Shown here: piece by piece, positions 40,084 through 53,158 of the stretch
Layout: every line of letters starts with the position of its first letter
Position numbering within the stretch: position 1 is the first letter of the stretch
From: Octopus sinensis
Taxonomy: Eukaryota
Assembly: GCF_006345805.1 (NCBI RefSeq)
Contig: NC_043000.1
Span: forward strand, 111,166,001 to 111,230,000
DNA: 64,000 nucleotides
Reading direction: 5' to 3'
The notes under the pieces: generated by a model
What the model was told of the DNA's origin: nothing
Databases searched by the model: none
What the model saw: only the letters and a program-made list of their open reading frames with translations
Translations under genes and position numbers: made by a program

Positions 40084-40369
40084 ATGTATGTATGTATGTA
40101 TGTATGTGTGTATGTATGTATGTATTTGTGTATGTGTTTGTCCCACCACCGATGTTGGTGTGTTTATATCCCCGTAACTCAGCGGTTCGGCAAAAGGGTA
40201 CGATAGAATAAGTACTAAGCTAACAAAGAATAAGTACTGGGGTCCATTTCTTCGACTAAAGGCGGTGCTCCAGCATGGCCGCAGTCAAAAGAATAAAAGA
40301 ATATACATATATATGTGTGTATATATATATGTTTGTATATCCATATATATATGTATATGTATGTATATG

Positions 40370-40452
<83 letters not shown>

Positions 40453-40742
40453 TATATGCGTGTGTGTATGTGTTTATATATACGGTAGCTTGTCTATAAA
40501 TGTGTGTGCGTTGTGCGTGTGTGTGTTTGTATCATTGTGAAAGCCTAAGTAGGCAATACCTGTTTTTAGAAACCATTGTCCGTCTAATATTTTCTTCGAC
40601 TCCATTAGAGTTTCAAGTGTTTTCTAAAATTAACTTCGTTTCTAATTTTAATTCTATAAAACAATAAACATGCCCGTTTCAGGGCGATCGTCTTTGTGTG
40701 TGTATGTGCGATGGAAAGTATATATATATATATATATACACG

Positions 40743-40802
<60 letters not shown>

Positions 40803-40842
40803 GTATATATATATATATATATACGTATATATATATATATAT

Positions 40843-40874
<32 letters not shown>

Positions 40875-41230
40875 TATACGGATATGTATATATATATATA
40901 ATGTATATATTGTGTGTGTGTGTGTGTGTGCGCGCGTGTATATTTACAATATATTGTGTGCATTTATATACAAACATGTATATACTTTGATAGGTTTCGG
41001 CCACATTGGCACAGGCCTTAGCTACCCATATGCATAAGTGCGTGCGGGTGGGTATTGTATGCATTTATGTGTGTGTGTGCGTGCGTGTTTATATGTATGT
41101 GTGTGTATAAATATATATGTATGTATATACACATGTGTGTGGGTATATATATATATATGTGTGTATATGTATGTGTATGTTTGTATGTATGTACGTATGT
41201 ATATATATGTTTGTATATCCATATATGTAA
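38775..41230. repeat. Dense (TA)n/(TG)n/(TATG)n microsatellite region
   Basis: Directly visible; contains SINE B and short unique islands. Confidence 0.9.
39870..40300 (+). mobile_element. SINE family B, full length with internal microsatellite
   Basis: GCAGGCATGGCTGTGTGG head; CAGCATGGCCGCAGTC tail. Confidence 0.9.
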
Positions 41231-41479
41231 GCTGAGATTTAAATTGGAGATTCGGTTGTAGAAAAAATTATTATTGGTTTATGAATTATAGTCTTTACAT
41301 GTGTTTCCCTATCGTATCCTAGTACGCTATGCATTAATCGTTACAAAAACGGTTGTATAATTACTCTTTACGCAAGGCCTACCAAGTAATGTCACATCAT
41401 CGGAATTTTCCAGGAAGTGCTCGGACTTTTCCAGAAAGTATCCCCGATTCTCGGAACTTACCAGGAAATCCCCAAACCA

Positions 41480-42240
41480 GGAAGTTTTTCACACCGAAAA
41501 ACTTTTCTTAGTAATCTCTTGAGAGGAAAGGACATTGACTGTATATACCTTGATTTTGTTAAGGCGCTCGGCAAGATTGTTCATGGAATCATCTGTCACA
41601 GGTTAAAGAATCTTGGTATCTCAGGAAAACTCAGAGAATGGCTCTTTGACTTCTTACATGGTAGGGGCCAATCTGTTGCTGGAAATGGTTTTTCACTCCG
41701 TAGTAAGTAGTATGCCTCAGAGAACGGTTTTAGGACTATAATTATTTATTATAAATACCTTTGGTTAAAAGACCTAGCTACTGGGAATATTTGAAAGCAT
41801 TGCGTCTCTAATATCTTGAGAGAGAGAAAGAGAGATACTATCGCATACGTATCACAAGTGCACTCATCCGAAATAACGAGTTACGCCGATGGCGCAAAAA
41901 TATCCATGGCTATCCAAACTCCAGAAGATACTGTCACACTCCAAAAATGAGCTAAACCTCATTTATCAATAGGTGGGTTAAAACAAAAGGACATTTAATA
42001 CATCAAGATTTCAGGTTCTTCGTTACAGAGGGAATGCACACAAATCTCAATATTTGACACCAGAATGATTCAGAGCGCTAATGACATATGGGACTTAGGA
42101 GTAATCATGTCAATTGATGCATCTTTCCTTAGCCACATCACCAGACTGACCTCTAAATGTAGACATCTCATAGGATGGATCCTACAAACCTTTGTAGTTA
42201 GGCTTACTCTATGGAAAGCCTGAGTTCTGAGCAGGTCAGA
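41480..42240 (+). mobile_element. CR1/L2-group RT fragment, decayed
   Basis: DIDCIYLDFVKALGKIVHGII.HRLKNLGISGKL.EWL.DFL..R.Q, a PQ.TVLG remnant and YADG.K. Confidence 0.75.
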
Positions 42241-42254
42241 TTACTCGCTCCTAC

Positions 42255-42830
42255 TCTAGGCACAAGGCCCGAAATTTGGGGGTAGTGGGGGGGGGCAGTC
42301 GATTAAATCGTCCTAGTACGCAACTGGTACTTAATTTATCGACCCCGAAAGGATGAAAGGCAAGGTCGACCTCGGTGAAATTTGAACTCAGAGCATAAAG
42401 ACATACGAAATACCCATTTCTTTACTACCTACAAGGGGCTAAACACAGAGAGGACAAACAAGGACAGACAAACGGATTAAGTCGATTATATCGACCCCAG
42501 TGCGTAACTGGTACTTATTTAATCGACCCCGAAAGGATGAAAGGCAAAGTCGACCTCGGCGGAATTTGAACTCAGAACGTAGCGGCAGACGAAATACTTA
42601 TTTCTTTATTACCCACAGGGGGCTAAACACAGAGGGGACAAACAAGGACAGACATAGGTATTAAGTCGATTACATCGACCCCAGTGCGTAACTGGTACTT
42701 AATTTATCGACCCCGAAAGGATGAAAGGCAAAGTCGACCTCGGCAGAATTTGAACTCACAACGTAACGCAGACGAAATACCGCTAAGCATTTCGCCCGGC
42801 GTGCTAACGTTTCTGCCAGCTCGTCGCCTT
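42255..42830 (-). mobile_element. SINE family A concatemer: head plus internal units of about 184 bp plus terminal unit
   Basis: GAAATAC recurs at 42407, 42591 and 42774; only one A-box head (42781-42830). Confidence 0.9.
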
Positions 42831-43031
42831 GAGCAGGTTAGATTACTGCTCACAGCTTTGGGCTTCTGACTCATCCTGTCTCATAGAAGAAATTAAAAGG
42901 TTACGAAGAACGTTCACCAGTAAAATACCTTTGGTTAAAATACTTCTCTACTGGGAATATTTGAAAGCGTTGCGTCTTTACTATCTTGAATGCTGAAGAG
43001 AGAGAGACATACTATCACATACGTATGGAAA

Positions 43032-43672
43032 ATCCTCTGCCAAAGAAGGAGGTTATGTTTTCATCGGCGTTGGTGTGTCCGTCTGTCCCTCTGTCTGTCC
43101 GACTGTGGGCAAAATAACTCAAAAAGTCGTGAACGGTATTTGATGAAACTTGCAGGAAAAGTTGGTAATGACACACGGAACAGATGATGAAATTTTGGTA
43201 GGGATCCGGGAATTTTTATGGATTCTTGAAATATTTTTCATTTGTTATATTTACTTTACATGAAGTATAACAATGTTACGTCCTTTGATTATCTCCCTTG
43301 AAAACGCGTTCATCGTTTCCACGTAACCTATGGTGGCGTTGCTGTTTCCAAAGTTTATTTTCGTTTCTCTATTTATAATTTTACTCGCGTATCCATCTTA
43401 ACGCTCATGGTTTAGGTAATTGTTGTTTCTTTTTAGTGGTATGGTGAAACTAGCTTGCTGTTGTCGTTGATGTATTATAACTGCTTCATATGATTCCTGT
43501 TTTTAAAGGTTTTTTTAAAATCATATGGCTGCGTCATTTTTTTTAAACCCCGCTAAGGAGGTTATGTTTTTGCCGGCGTTGATTTGGGAAATTGGGCGAT
43601 TTTCAGCATGCGTGTATATGGGTGGGAATGAGCTGCTTGGTGGAGGTCTGCGCTCTCCGAGTGCTTTTCTAA
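43032..43672 (+). mobile_element. Non-autonomous Helentron-associated element (HINE/DINE-like)
   Basis: 5' CCTCTGCC..AGGAGGTTATGTTTT, short microsatellite, subterminal GGTGGAGG, 3' hairpin GCGCTC..GAGTGC, T-rich end. Confidence 0.7.
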
Positions 43673-43769
43673 TTATACCTGTGTTTGTTTCGATATTAAA
43701 ATTGCAACAAAAAAAAATCCGCCTTGTTTGTAAAAAAATGTGAACCTGAGTTCTCGCCCCCTAAGCAAA

Positions 43770-44010
43770 TTTCGTCCCTGGGTTACAGGTCCCAGGTCAA
43801 TCTTTTACAAGAAACAGCGCACCAATCTGGTTGGAATGCCGCGACAACCAACTTCAGTAACGAATGAAGTCACCCGCGTCCCTTGACAAGTGCTTCGTCG
43901 AGACCAAGTCCTAATATTTGGCTTTTTTTAGCTGGTAAGAAATGTTGAATCTGTCCTCCTAGGGTTCTGTGAGTTCAACGACAATGTTTGTTTAAAACTG
44001 TCATATCGTT
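43770..44010 (-). mobile_element. RLE-domain remnant of a HERO/NeSL-like LINE
   Basis: IVVELTEP*EDRF..SYQLKK, then frameshifted EVGCRG. Confidence 0.55.
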
Positions 44011-44800
44011 TCTTCACTGAACTCTTGATAACAACATTTATTGCACGTGTTTGGGATTCCAGCCAGAGACTTTAAAGACGATTGCTTTTGATAGGACCCA
44101 ATGGTATTCGTAACTGAGATATCTAGTCCACCCTTGTGACCTCCTTCCCAAGAATAGTGGGTGAGGAGGATGGATGGGTGTAATTACAGGAAACTGACTG
44201 GGATTACACTCATGAAATGATACATTACCAAAATTCTCACTTCACCAAGAACATTTATCGATCTACCTCATGGAGCATTTCAAATCATAAAATCATCTGT
44301 GGGTGTGGGCGTATGTGTGCGTGCGTGTGTGTTTGTGTGTGTGTGTGAGAAAGAGGGAGAGAGAGAGTGCATATGAGTACATATTTGTGCTTGTGTGAGT
44401 GCGTTGTATGTGTGTGTGTTTGCGTGTATGTTTGTGTGTATGTGTATATGTAATTGTGTGTATGTGTGTGTAGTTAAATCAGCAAGAAACGTGCCGGACA
44501 GAGTAATTCTTCAGAGAAAACTTGACAAGAGAGGAATTAAAGCGAGGCGTCCTCTAGGTTGCAACCTGCTTTCCTAATTTCGACAGAATTCGGAACCAGT
44601 GAGGTTTCAACTGTTACTATCTGATCATCTTCCTTATTCTAGTATTCTTAGAATATTGTTGTAGTAGTGTCATGGGGTAGTTATGTGCGTGTCTGAGTAG
44701 TTGGAAGTGGTTTTTATGTAAAGTGGAAGACTATAAATAAAATGGCAAGTAGGGATGGTTGTTGTTGAAGCCATTATGTATTTCCTATTTGAAGTTCGAC

Positions 44801-44858
44801 GTGGTAGAGCGTTCGCTTCGCAAGTGAAAGGCCCCGGGTTCGATCCCCGGCACATCCA
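44801..44858 (+). pseudogene. 5'-truncated tRNA-Ala(CGC) copy
   Basis: GTGGTAGAGC-G-TTCGC-TTCGCAA-GTGAA-AGGCC-CCGGG-TTCGATC-CCCGG-CACATCC-A; anticodon and T arms intact, 5' acceptor strand absent. Confidence 0.75.
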
Positions 44859-45010
44859 TTGAAAATGAATTTTGCTTCGGCTTGTTCTAAAGCTTATATT
44901 GTATATGCATAACAGTATGGGGATTGAGCGTAGTGGTGTGAAAACGTTGCAATTTCGGGAGTGAGTCATATGATTCAATGACGTCATGGATAAGCCGTTT
45001 AGGAGTTGTT

Positions 45011-45113
45011 GAGGATGTGCATAGGAGAGCGATGACCCATATGAGGATGTGCATCGGAAGATGATGGCCCATATGAGGATGTACATAGGAGGGTGATGGC
45101 CCATATGAGGATG
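45011..45113 (+). repeat. 32-bp minisatellite, about 3.2 units
   Basis: GAGGATGT(G/A)CAT.GG....GATG.CCCATAT at 45011, 45043 and 45075. Confidence 0.9.
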
Positions 45114-45441
45114 CTTCACTTAATGTTTTGCTGAGTTTTAAATTTGTGATTATTATTGGTCTATTTGTGACAGTGCTGGTACGTGTAATTGTTGAGGTTA
45201 GTGAGAGCAATGATTTCTACAAAGCATCAAAGCTTCGCGTCAGTCATTTGTAAGCCATTTTGTCTAACCCTGAGGTTGTTGACGTTTAAATGTCTCTCTT
45301 TCTTTTTGAGTGTCCGATGAGATAAAGTGATCAAAAACCTGGTCTTGTTGGAAGGAACGTATTACTCGTTTAGTGTTCTTCTCTTCTTTGTAAGGATTTT
45401 GATGCCTGATTATTCATGAAATATCTGTTAAGTGTACTGGC

Positions 45442-46135
45442 CAGTGGCAACTCCTGTATAAACACTGCGGAACTGCAGCTCCCCCTATTTCCACTCGATA
45501 TTATCGATAACATTCAATATAATGAGTCATGTTTTCTTTAATACTTTCTTTATACTTGTACATTATATAATCCTTAAGCTTAATGTCAGTAGCCATCCCC
45601 TAGTTTATGAAAAAAAACCCACAAAAGTCCTTGTATAGAACTGTGCGCTTCACAGTTCTAGCGACGCGGTGTTTTGTTGTTGTTCGCATGCTCACATGTT
45701 CGAGATAGGAAGCTGCACACTAGGGAGAGAGAGCACTGTCATTCATGCAGTGCCGACCCTTGTGTGCTGGTGAAAGGTAGTGTTTGTTTTTGACTCTGCA
45801 TGTCTTGTGCTTAAAAATGTGTTTATATTCTTGAATGTGATAAAGTGTAGAATTAGATTATTATCCTGCTTCCAGCTTCAGTGTTGCTGTCAGGATTTGA
45901 AAATGAGGGTAGATCCCCCCCCCCCACCTTATTTTGTGATTCAGGGGTATGGTTCAAAAACAAGGTGGTGTTCAGTGAACAAATTAAACACACTACACGG
46001 CTAAAAGGCGAACCGGTCAAGTTTATGTATAAATATTCTTTTTATATGTTTGTTTCCTTTTACACAATATTAAAACAATGGCTAAAAATTTTCTGAAGCT
46101 GCAACCCCAACTAATTTTATCTACGAGTCGCATTG
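45442..46135. mobile_element. hAT-type non-autonomous element
   Basis: Imperfect TIRs CAGTGGCAACTCCTG / CTACGAGTCGCATTG; 8-bp TSD GTACTGGC / GTATTGGC. Confidence 0.75.
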
Positions 46136-46204
46136 GTATTGGCTTATAGTGTAGATGTATTACAGTGTAGGTGTGTGTAGTCATTTTTAGCAACTATAAG
46201 AGCG

Positions 46205-46410
46205 CTGAGGTGGCGCAATCGTTAGCATAACAGACGAACTACTTAACAGCCGTTGTTCCAACTTGACGCTCTGAGTTCAAATTTCGCTGAGGTCAATTTT
46301 GTCTTTCATCCTGTTGGAGTGGATAAAACGAATAGCAGTTAATGGCTGGGATTGATGTAAACGTTGTACTTCCTCACCTAAAACTGCTAACCTTAAGCCA
46401 AATTTTGACA
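46205..46410 (+). mobile_element. SINE family A, old copy
   Basis: AATCGTTAGC...CTGAGTTCAAATTTCGCTGAGG. Confidence 0.6.
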
Positions 46411-46944
46411 CAATTATTAAACGCTTGTATTTTGACAGATTATGATGTAATTATTGTTATAATTAATGCTGCCATTTTACTCTCAGCAGCGATTTATAAA
46501 TTGTTTTGTAGTTAACGCTGGATACAAATGTCTAACAGTTTTCTATTTTTTTCTGATTTATTTAATTGCTTTTTGTTATTTGTTTGTTTAATTGTTTGAT
46601 TATGAGTTTTGTTTCGGTTGTGTATGGTGTGGATGTATTGTTAGAGGTCACTGGCACCGATTTTTTATGAAGTCAGCTATTTTTTTATATATTGCCTTAC
46701 GGCTTAGATTTTTTTGGAATGTGTCTATAATTATTTCGTTGGCTGCATGAACTGTAGTTTTTTTGTTGCTGATTGTGGTGGTGTTGTCGAATTATGAAAA
46801 CTTTGATTCTCTTTCTTAACAGAACTCGTTCCGTTGTGCTTTTTCAGAGCTTGTGAAAGTGCAATTTATATATTGTTTAGTAGAAGCCTGGTCGTTGAGA
46901 TGGAAAGAGAGACGCGGGTGATTCAAAGTCAAATTAATAGTAAT

Positions 46945-47850
46945 AATAATGACTTCTTTATTAACCACAAACGGTTTACATTAAGAAACACATTATGAAC
47001 GGTACAAGACAAAACAAAGAATGTGTGTGTATGGGGGGGTGTTCTTGTGAGGGTTTTGCGTGTAAGCAAGATTAACATAATGCAAAAAAAATCAACATTG
47101 TGTAATCCTCAGTAGGGAGGAGGCGTTCGAGGGTTGCTCATGGAAAACTTCCATAAAAAACCATGGGTACCCTGACTTTTGGGGCAGGTACCTTTTTCTT
47201 CTTTCGCCTTTTCCAATTACAGGCGTATGCTCAGGCCAGGCCCGTTCAGTCGCACCATTCTCGCCACTTTCATCCACTTTTCAGCAAACTGGCCAGAAGA
47301 CAACACTTCCCTCTCGACCCTTATTTTCCTTTTCACGTGAAACTCGAAGAAGTTCTTCAGGGATTGGCCAAAGAGAAAAGTGTTTGTCTTCAACCCCTTC
47401 AATCTCGTTCACCATACAAACTCTTTCACCATGGCCACCAGGCATATAAAAACAGCCTTTCCTTCCCGATTAAAGAAAGGTGGCGGGACGATCTTCCCGA
47501 TAGATTCAGTTGACAGCCGAATCCGACTCACATGCGACACCAGGTATTCAACATAAACCCACAGGTCAGCAATGCTGGACGAGTGCATGCAGGACCTTTT
47601 CGTCGTCCCGCGGGCATCTGGGACGTGCTCAGCTGACGGCACTTCCGTGCCTGTAAAGCTTATCTCGATCAGGCAAAGCTTCCCGGTAGCACTGCCAGGT
47701 CAGAGATTTTTGGAAGTTATCCATTGGTCCCGAGCCGAAATTCTCCCGAAAAGAGCGGCTAGCTGATCTTCGACGCCCAAGGTCTCTCCAAGAACGTCGT
47801 CGCACTTTTCCTCCACTAATCCTCTATAGAAAACTAAAGTGGACATTCCA
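46945..47850 (-). mobile_element. Tx1/L1-clade LINE 3' end
   Basis: SLTWQCYREALPDRDKLYRHG..PRC....VLHAL (zf-RVT-like CCHC), then KRKIRVERE...; AATAAA followed by (ATT)n. Confidence 0.8.
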
Positions 47851-47989
47851 CCTATTGCAATGTCCGACTGGCTGAGGACTTAGAGCGCTTGAAGACATTC
47901 CACTTTCTAGATACCTTCTCTAGGTCTCTGTTTGACTAAGGACTGTAGCTCCGTTAAAGAGATCAGCTGGGTAAATACGCGTCCGGCGA

Positions 47990-48905
47990 ACGGCGACCGC
48001 TCCTGGTTAGCTAGGGAGGTTAAGCAGTTGTGGTCGATAAAAAAGGTGGTAGTAGTACCAAAAATTGTCGAAGCCCTGGGAACAGTGAGAACGATATATA
48101 ACCGACGGAACAAAAATGCTGTAGAATGAGATGCAGAGATACCAAAGATCAATTATTGATGGACAAAATGGTTATGCAAGATTGTAAACGAAGAAGAACA
48201 AATTTAGGAATGGCCTAGATTGACTATCGCAAAACTTATGTTATGATTCCACATTCGTGGATCCTTGAGTGCTTAGATCTGTTTGGAATTGCGAGGAATA
48301 TAATGTGTTTCTTGAAGAGAAGTATGGTGGGATGAAAAACTGAACTGACATCTTACGGAAAAGGCTTGGGCACCCTGGGTATTAGAAGGGGGATTTTGCA
48401 GAGTGATAGCTCATCTCCGTTGCTGTTCGTTCTACCCCACATCTTTGTTACTTAGGAAAATGAACCAGAAGTACCCTCTAAAAGAAAAATCCCAAACAAT
48501 CAACTACGTCCTCTTCATGGATGATTTGAAACTGTATGGCTAATATGAGGTACAAGTGAGTTCCTTGATGAACACGGTCCAATGTTTTAGTATCGATATT
48601 AGAATGGAATTTGGACTCAAGAAGTTCGGAATAAGATAAAAAGAGACAAGGTACAGTTCCTAGCAGGGATAGAATTAGCGAATAGAGACTTGATTAAGCA
48701 AATGAAACGGAAGGATACAAATACATTGGTGTACAAGAGTTTAATGAGATAATGGAAAAGGAAATTAAAGAGCAACTGAGGATGGAGTATTTCCGAAGAC
48801 TGATGTTCGTATTGCGCTCAAAATTGATTGGATTGAATAAAATCCAAGCAGTTAATACGTGGCTGATAGCATCACTTCGGTATGGAGCGAGAATTATAAA
48901 ATGGC
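47990..48905 (+). mobile_element. R4/Dong-like LINE remnants (C-terminal piece followed by RT piece)
   Basis: LAREVKQLW...VVVPKIVEALGTV, then [53 protein letters not shown]...NKIQAVNTW. Confidence 0.8.
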
Positions 48906-49400
48906 GGTGCGTGCTACCCGAAGCAACCCTTGAGTTCGCCACCTTCCCGAGACAATACAGCCTACACAGACTGGTATACAGGACCCAAAAGTCCTGCTCC
49001 CGGAAAAGTACCATCCGGGGTGGATCGACTCCTATCGCTCCACCCCACTTAGCTACGCCACTGTCACTTACCCCAGTCTATTGTCCAGATATGCTGCATG
49101 CTCTTGAAATCCTACGCGCTGAGTTTCAATTATTTTTAGCGTTTGATTATTACTACAATCTTTTCTTTAAAAGGGAATTCTTCGCATTTATCTGAAGATA
49201 ACCAATTTTTGGGGCAACACTTCTATTAATGGCAACATTTTAGGGGACAGTATACATTACACGGAAGATAAAGAGTCCCTTTGTGTAAAAGTCACTGACT
49301 TCCGCGCCATATTGTACGTATGTATGCATGCATGCATGTATGTATGTATGAGTAATATGTATGTAGATTGCTTGTATGCATGTATGAAAGTATGTTTGCA

Positions 49401-49450
<50 letters not shown>

Positions 49451-49898
49451 TACACACACACACATATATATATATATTTGATGTATTTTTGTATGTATCT
49501 ACCGACATGAGTATATTCGTAGGTATGTATTTATGTGTGTATGTATGTATGTATGTATGTATGTATGTATGTATGTATCACCCATGTACGAACATTAATC
49601 AAGATTTAATAATGAACCGACATAAGAACACATTTACATTATAAGTTTCTTGCAGTGATGATGACAATATGATGATGATGATAACAAAGGCGGGGGTAAT
49701 TCAAATTCTAAAACGAAACATACACACGCATGCGCGCACTCACACACACAGACACACACACACACACAATTGCAAACATAAACGCTGACTAAAATTTTAT
49801 TAAAAAACTTATTACAAAGAGAAAAAAGCGGTAGTAGTTGTGGTGGTGGTGGTCTTGCTATTATTATTATTATTATTATTAGTAGTAGTAGTAGTAGT

Positions 49899-49931
<33 letters not shown>

Positions 49932-50139
49932 ATCGCCATTGTTGTTATTTTTTGTTGTTATCGTTATGTTACAAAGATTTGAATTTTTCTGATCAAAAAA
50001 GCCATTTCCCGCCCCGCCTTTCCCTTCGTCCCATGCAGACAAAATCAGAAAATTTATGGGAAACACATGTAGCACATACTTCAGATTCCGAACATCTGTT
50101 TATGGTGGGCAATATATAAATATATATTCTTTTCTTCTT

Positions 50140-50425
50140 TTTCTCTTTTACTTGTTTCGGGCATTTTGACTGCGGCCATGCTGGAGCACCGCCTTTTAGT
50201 CGAAGAAATCGACCCCTGTTGCTTGATTACGATGGCGGTGTGGGGAAGGACAAACACAGACACAAACACACATAAATATATATACGTCGGGCTTCTTTCA
50301 GTTTTCGTCTCCAGTCTTTCGGTTTCGGCCCCAGGCTATATTAGAAGACATTTGCCCAAGGTGCCACTGAACCCGGAACCATGTGGTTGGGAAGCAAGCT
50401 TCTTACCATACAGCCACGCCTGCGC
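50140..50425 (-). mobile_element. SINE family B
   Basis: Tail at 50140, tRNA-like head at about 50420. Confidence 0.8.
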
Positions 50426-50567
50426 CTGTATATATATATATATATATATATATAGGGAGTGTTCACGAAAAAAACAAAAGACGAACACAGGTGGTGTACA
50501 AAACAAACAGATGTATTAGTATAACGCTCAGGAATAGGAAAAATTCTTTCACGTTTCGAGCCTACGC

Positions 50568-51170
50568 ACTAGAACAAGGCCATCCGTTCACCATTAGAAC
50601 AAACTTCACCTGTGCATCAGAAAACCTGGCTGGTTTCCTAAACAGGATACAGTTGGGGGTCTTTTCCTTATAATCGTTGAAGCTTGGCTTTGATTGGTTT
50701 GGAATTATATGACGTCAGTGAACAGTGCCAGAGACCACAGCTACTACTAACTTAACTGATGTAAACCCAACAATCACAAGTTGACCAAAATTACGACAAC
50801 CAAGAATCACTACAATTGCTCCCATCGGAACACAAGGTAAAATCTATAATGACCTCCTGCACTACACTTGACAAAACAGTACGGAACGACTTACACCTTA
50901 TAATATATTTTTCGCCTTTTCAAGAACATGGATTCTATTGAATGGACTCTATTGAATGTATGTAACAATTATGAACTGTTCCATTATACTTTTTATGTAT
51001 ATAGCATGGACTCTATTGAATGTATGAAACAATTATGAACTATTCCATTATAATCTTTATTATAAAAAAAATTCTTTTTGATAAGGTTCGTTACTTCAAT
51101 AACCGAAACATGTAAAAATTAAAATTTATCTAATATAGTGGCATTTTCAAACTTCTTTTTTACAAATATA
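50568..51170 (+). mobile_element. Internally deleted Penelope-like element (sister of 53156-54662)
   Basis: ACTAGAACAAGG...CAGAAAAC fused directly to 3' sequence that lies about 860 bp further on in the other copy. Confidence 0.8.
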
Positions 51171-51204
51171 TATATATATATACAAATATATATATATATA
51201 TATA

Positions 51205-51410
51205 TAGTTAATCCAAACATGAAAACACAAAGAGAAAACACAACAACGCGAGGATGTGGAACAAGTATAATATTATTGGGCGCTCAGTAAAGGAAAGAAA
51301 GAAGGAGGGCTTAACATTTCGAGCGGAGCTCTTCATCAGAAACTTAGGAAAAAGAAAGATCCAAGGAAAGGAAGACGGAGGAAAAAATCGCCAACAGTAC
51401 ACCCGCGGTC
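51205..51410 (-). mobile_element. Short hammerhead-bearing repeat (motif 51310-51343)
   Basis: Minus strand GTTT-CTGATGA-AGAGC(TCC)GCTC-GAAA-TGT-T-AAGC. Confidence 0.6.
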
Positions 51411-51426
51411 GTGTGTGTGTGTGTAT

Positions 51427-51570
51427 ACAGTGATGGGCATGGATCCGCTAATCCGCAAACAGCTATTTAGCGAAGCTAACTTTTCGTTTAGCAGATTAGC
51501 GTTTTTGCTCACTTTGGAAACTGTTGGCGGACCAATCAGCTTCCGCTAACTTTAAGTCCGCTAGCAAACA
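51427..51570 (+). mobile_element. Possible hAT-like terminal fragment
   Basis: CAGTGATGGGCA start with reiterated CCGCTAA/TTAGCG subterminal motifs; no partner end found. Confidence 0.4.
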
Positions 51571-51578
51571 GTTAATAA

Positions 51579-52013
51579 GAGTTAGCAAGAATCTTTATCC
51601 AACACAACGATCGTTTCGACCCACCATCTTGCATCTGTCCCTTGCGGGTGAGATACTGTGCGACTGGTTGTGCTGCATCCACCAGTGCAAGAAAATGTAT
51701 CACATCGGGTGTCTTGTTTTAAATAAGATACCTTGCCAAATCTACTTCGTTTCGCTTGGTATGTTGTTGTCGCCAGTGGAGTGTTGACTGTAATGATAGG
51801 GAATGGATACAATTTCCAGATTGTAACCGATTAATGGGTCCGGTTGCAGTTCATTGTGAGTAACTGACATAGAGTAAAGTAATAAAAGATAAAAAATAAA
51901 ATAGTTTCAAAAGAAAACAATTAAAAGATAAAATGAAGAAAGGTAAGTAAACACGTCTTGACATGAACACATATATAGACGTACATATACACATATCTAT
52001 ATATGTGGTCATG
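51579..52013 (-). mobile_element. 435-bp dispersed repeat, copy 2
   Basis: Near-identical to 21570-22004. Confidence 0.75.
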
Positions 52014-52230
52014 GCAACGCTATCGTTTAATTTCTTTTTTCTTTTTTTTTTTTGAAAGTATTCTTTTCAACTGTCTACAAACACAGCCAGGCTGAAATAA
52101 TTAATGCATTCTTCCAGGATTGAATAAAAAATCCTCAAACTGAAGGGGATGGGCTCCTTAGATACTAACATGGGCCCCCATATATGGATTCTAATGGCAC
52201 AGGGATTCACTTGCCATCGGACCAGTCCGC

Positions 52231-52279
<49 letters not shown>

Positions 52280-52285
52280 ATACAC

Positions 52286-52918
<633 letters not shown>

Positions 52919-53061
52919 TTCATTTTTGTATCTGATTTACAAGATTCCTTATGTGAATTTGTATGTTGAGACAAATTTTGTTGTCTGGGGAGTCATAATG
53001 CCTTAATATAATACTCACCGGTTCAATTTCTACTCATGAGTGGAAATGGAACCAGCTAGTG

Positions 53062-53155
<94 letters not shown>

Positions 53156-53158
<3 letters not shown>

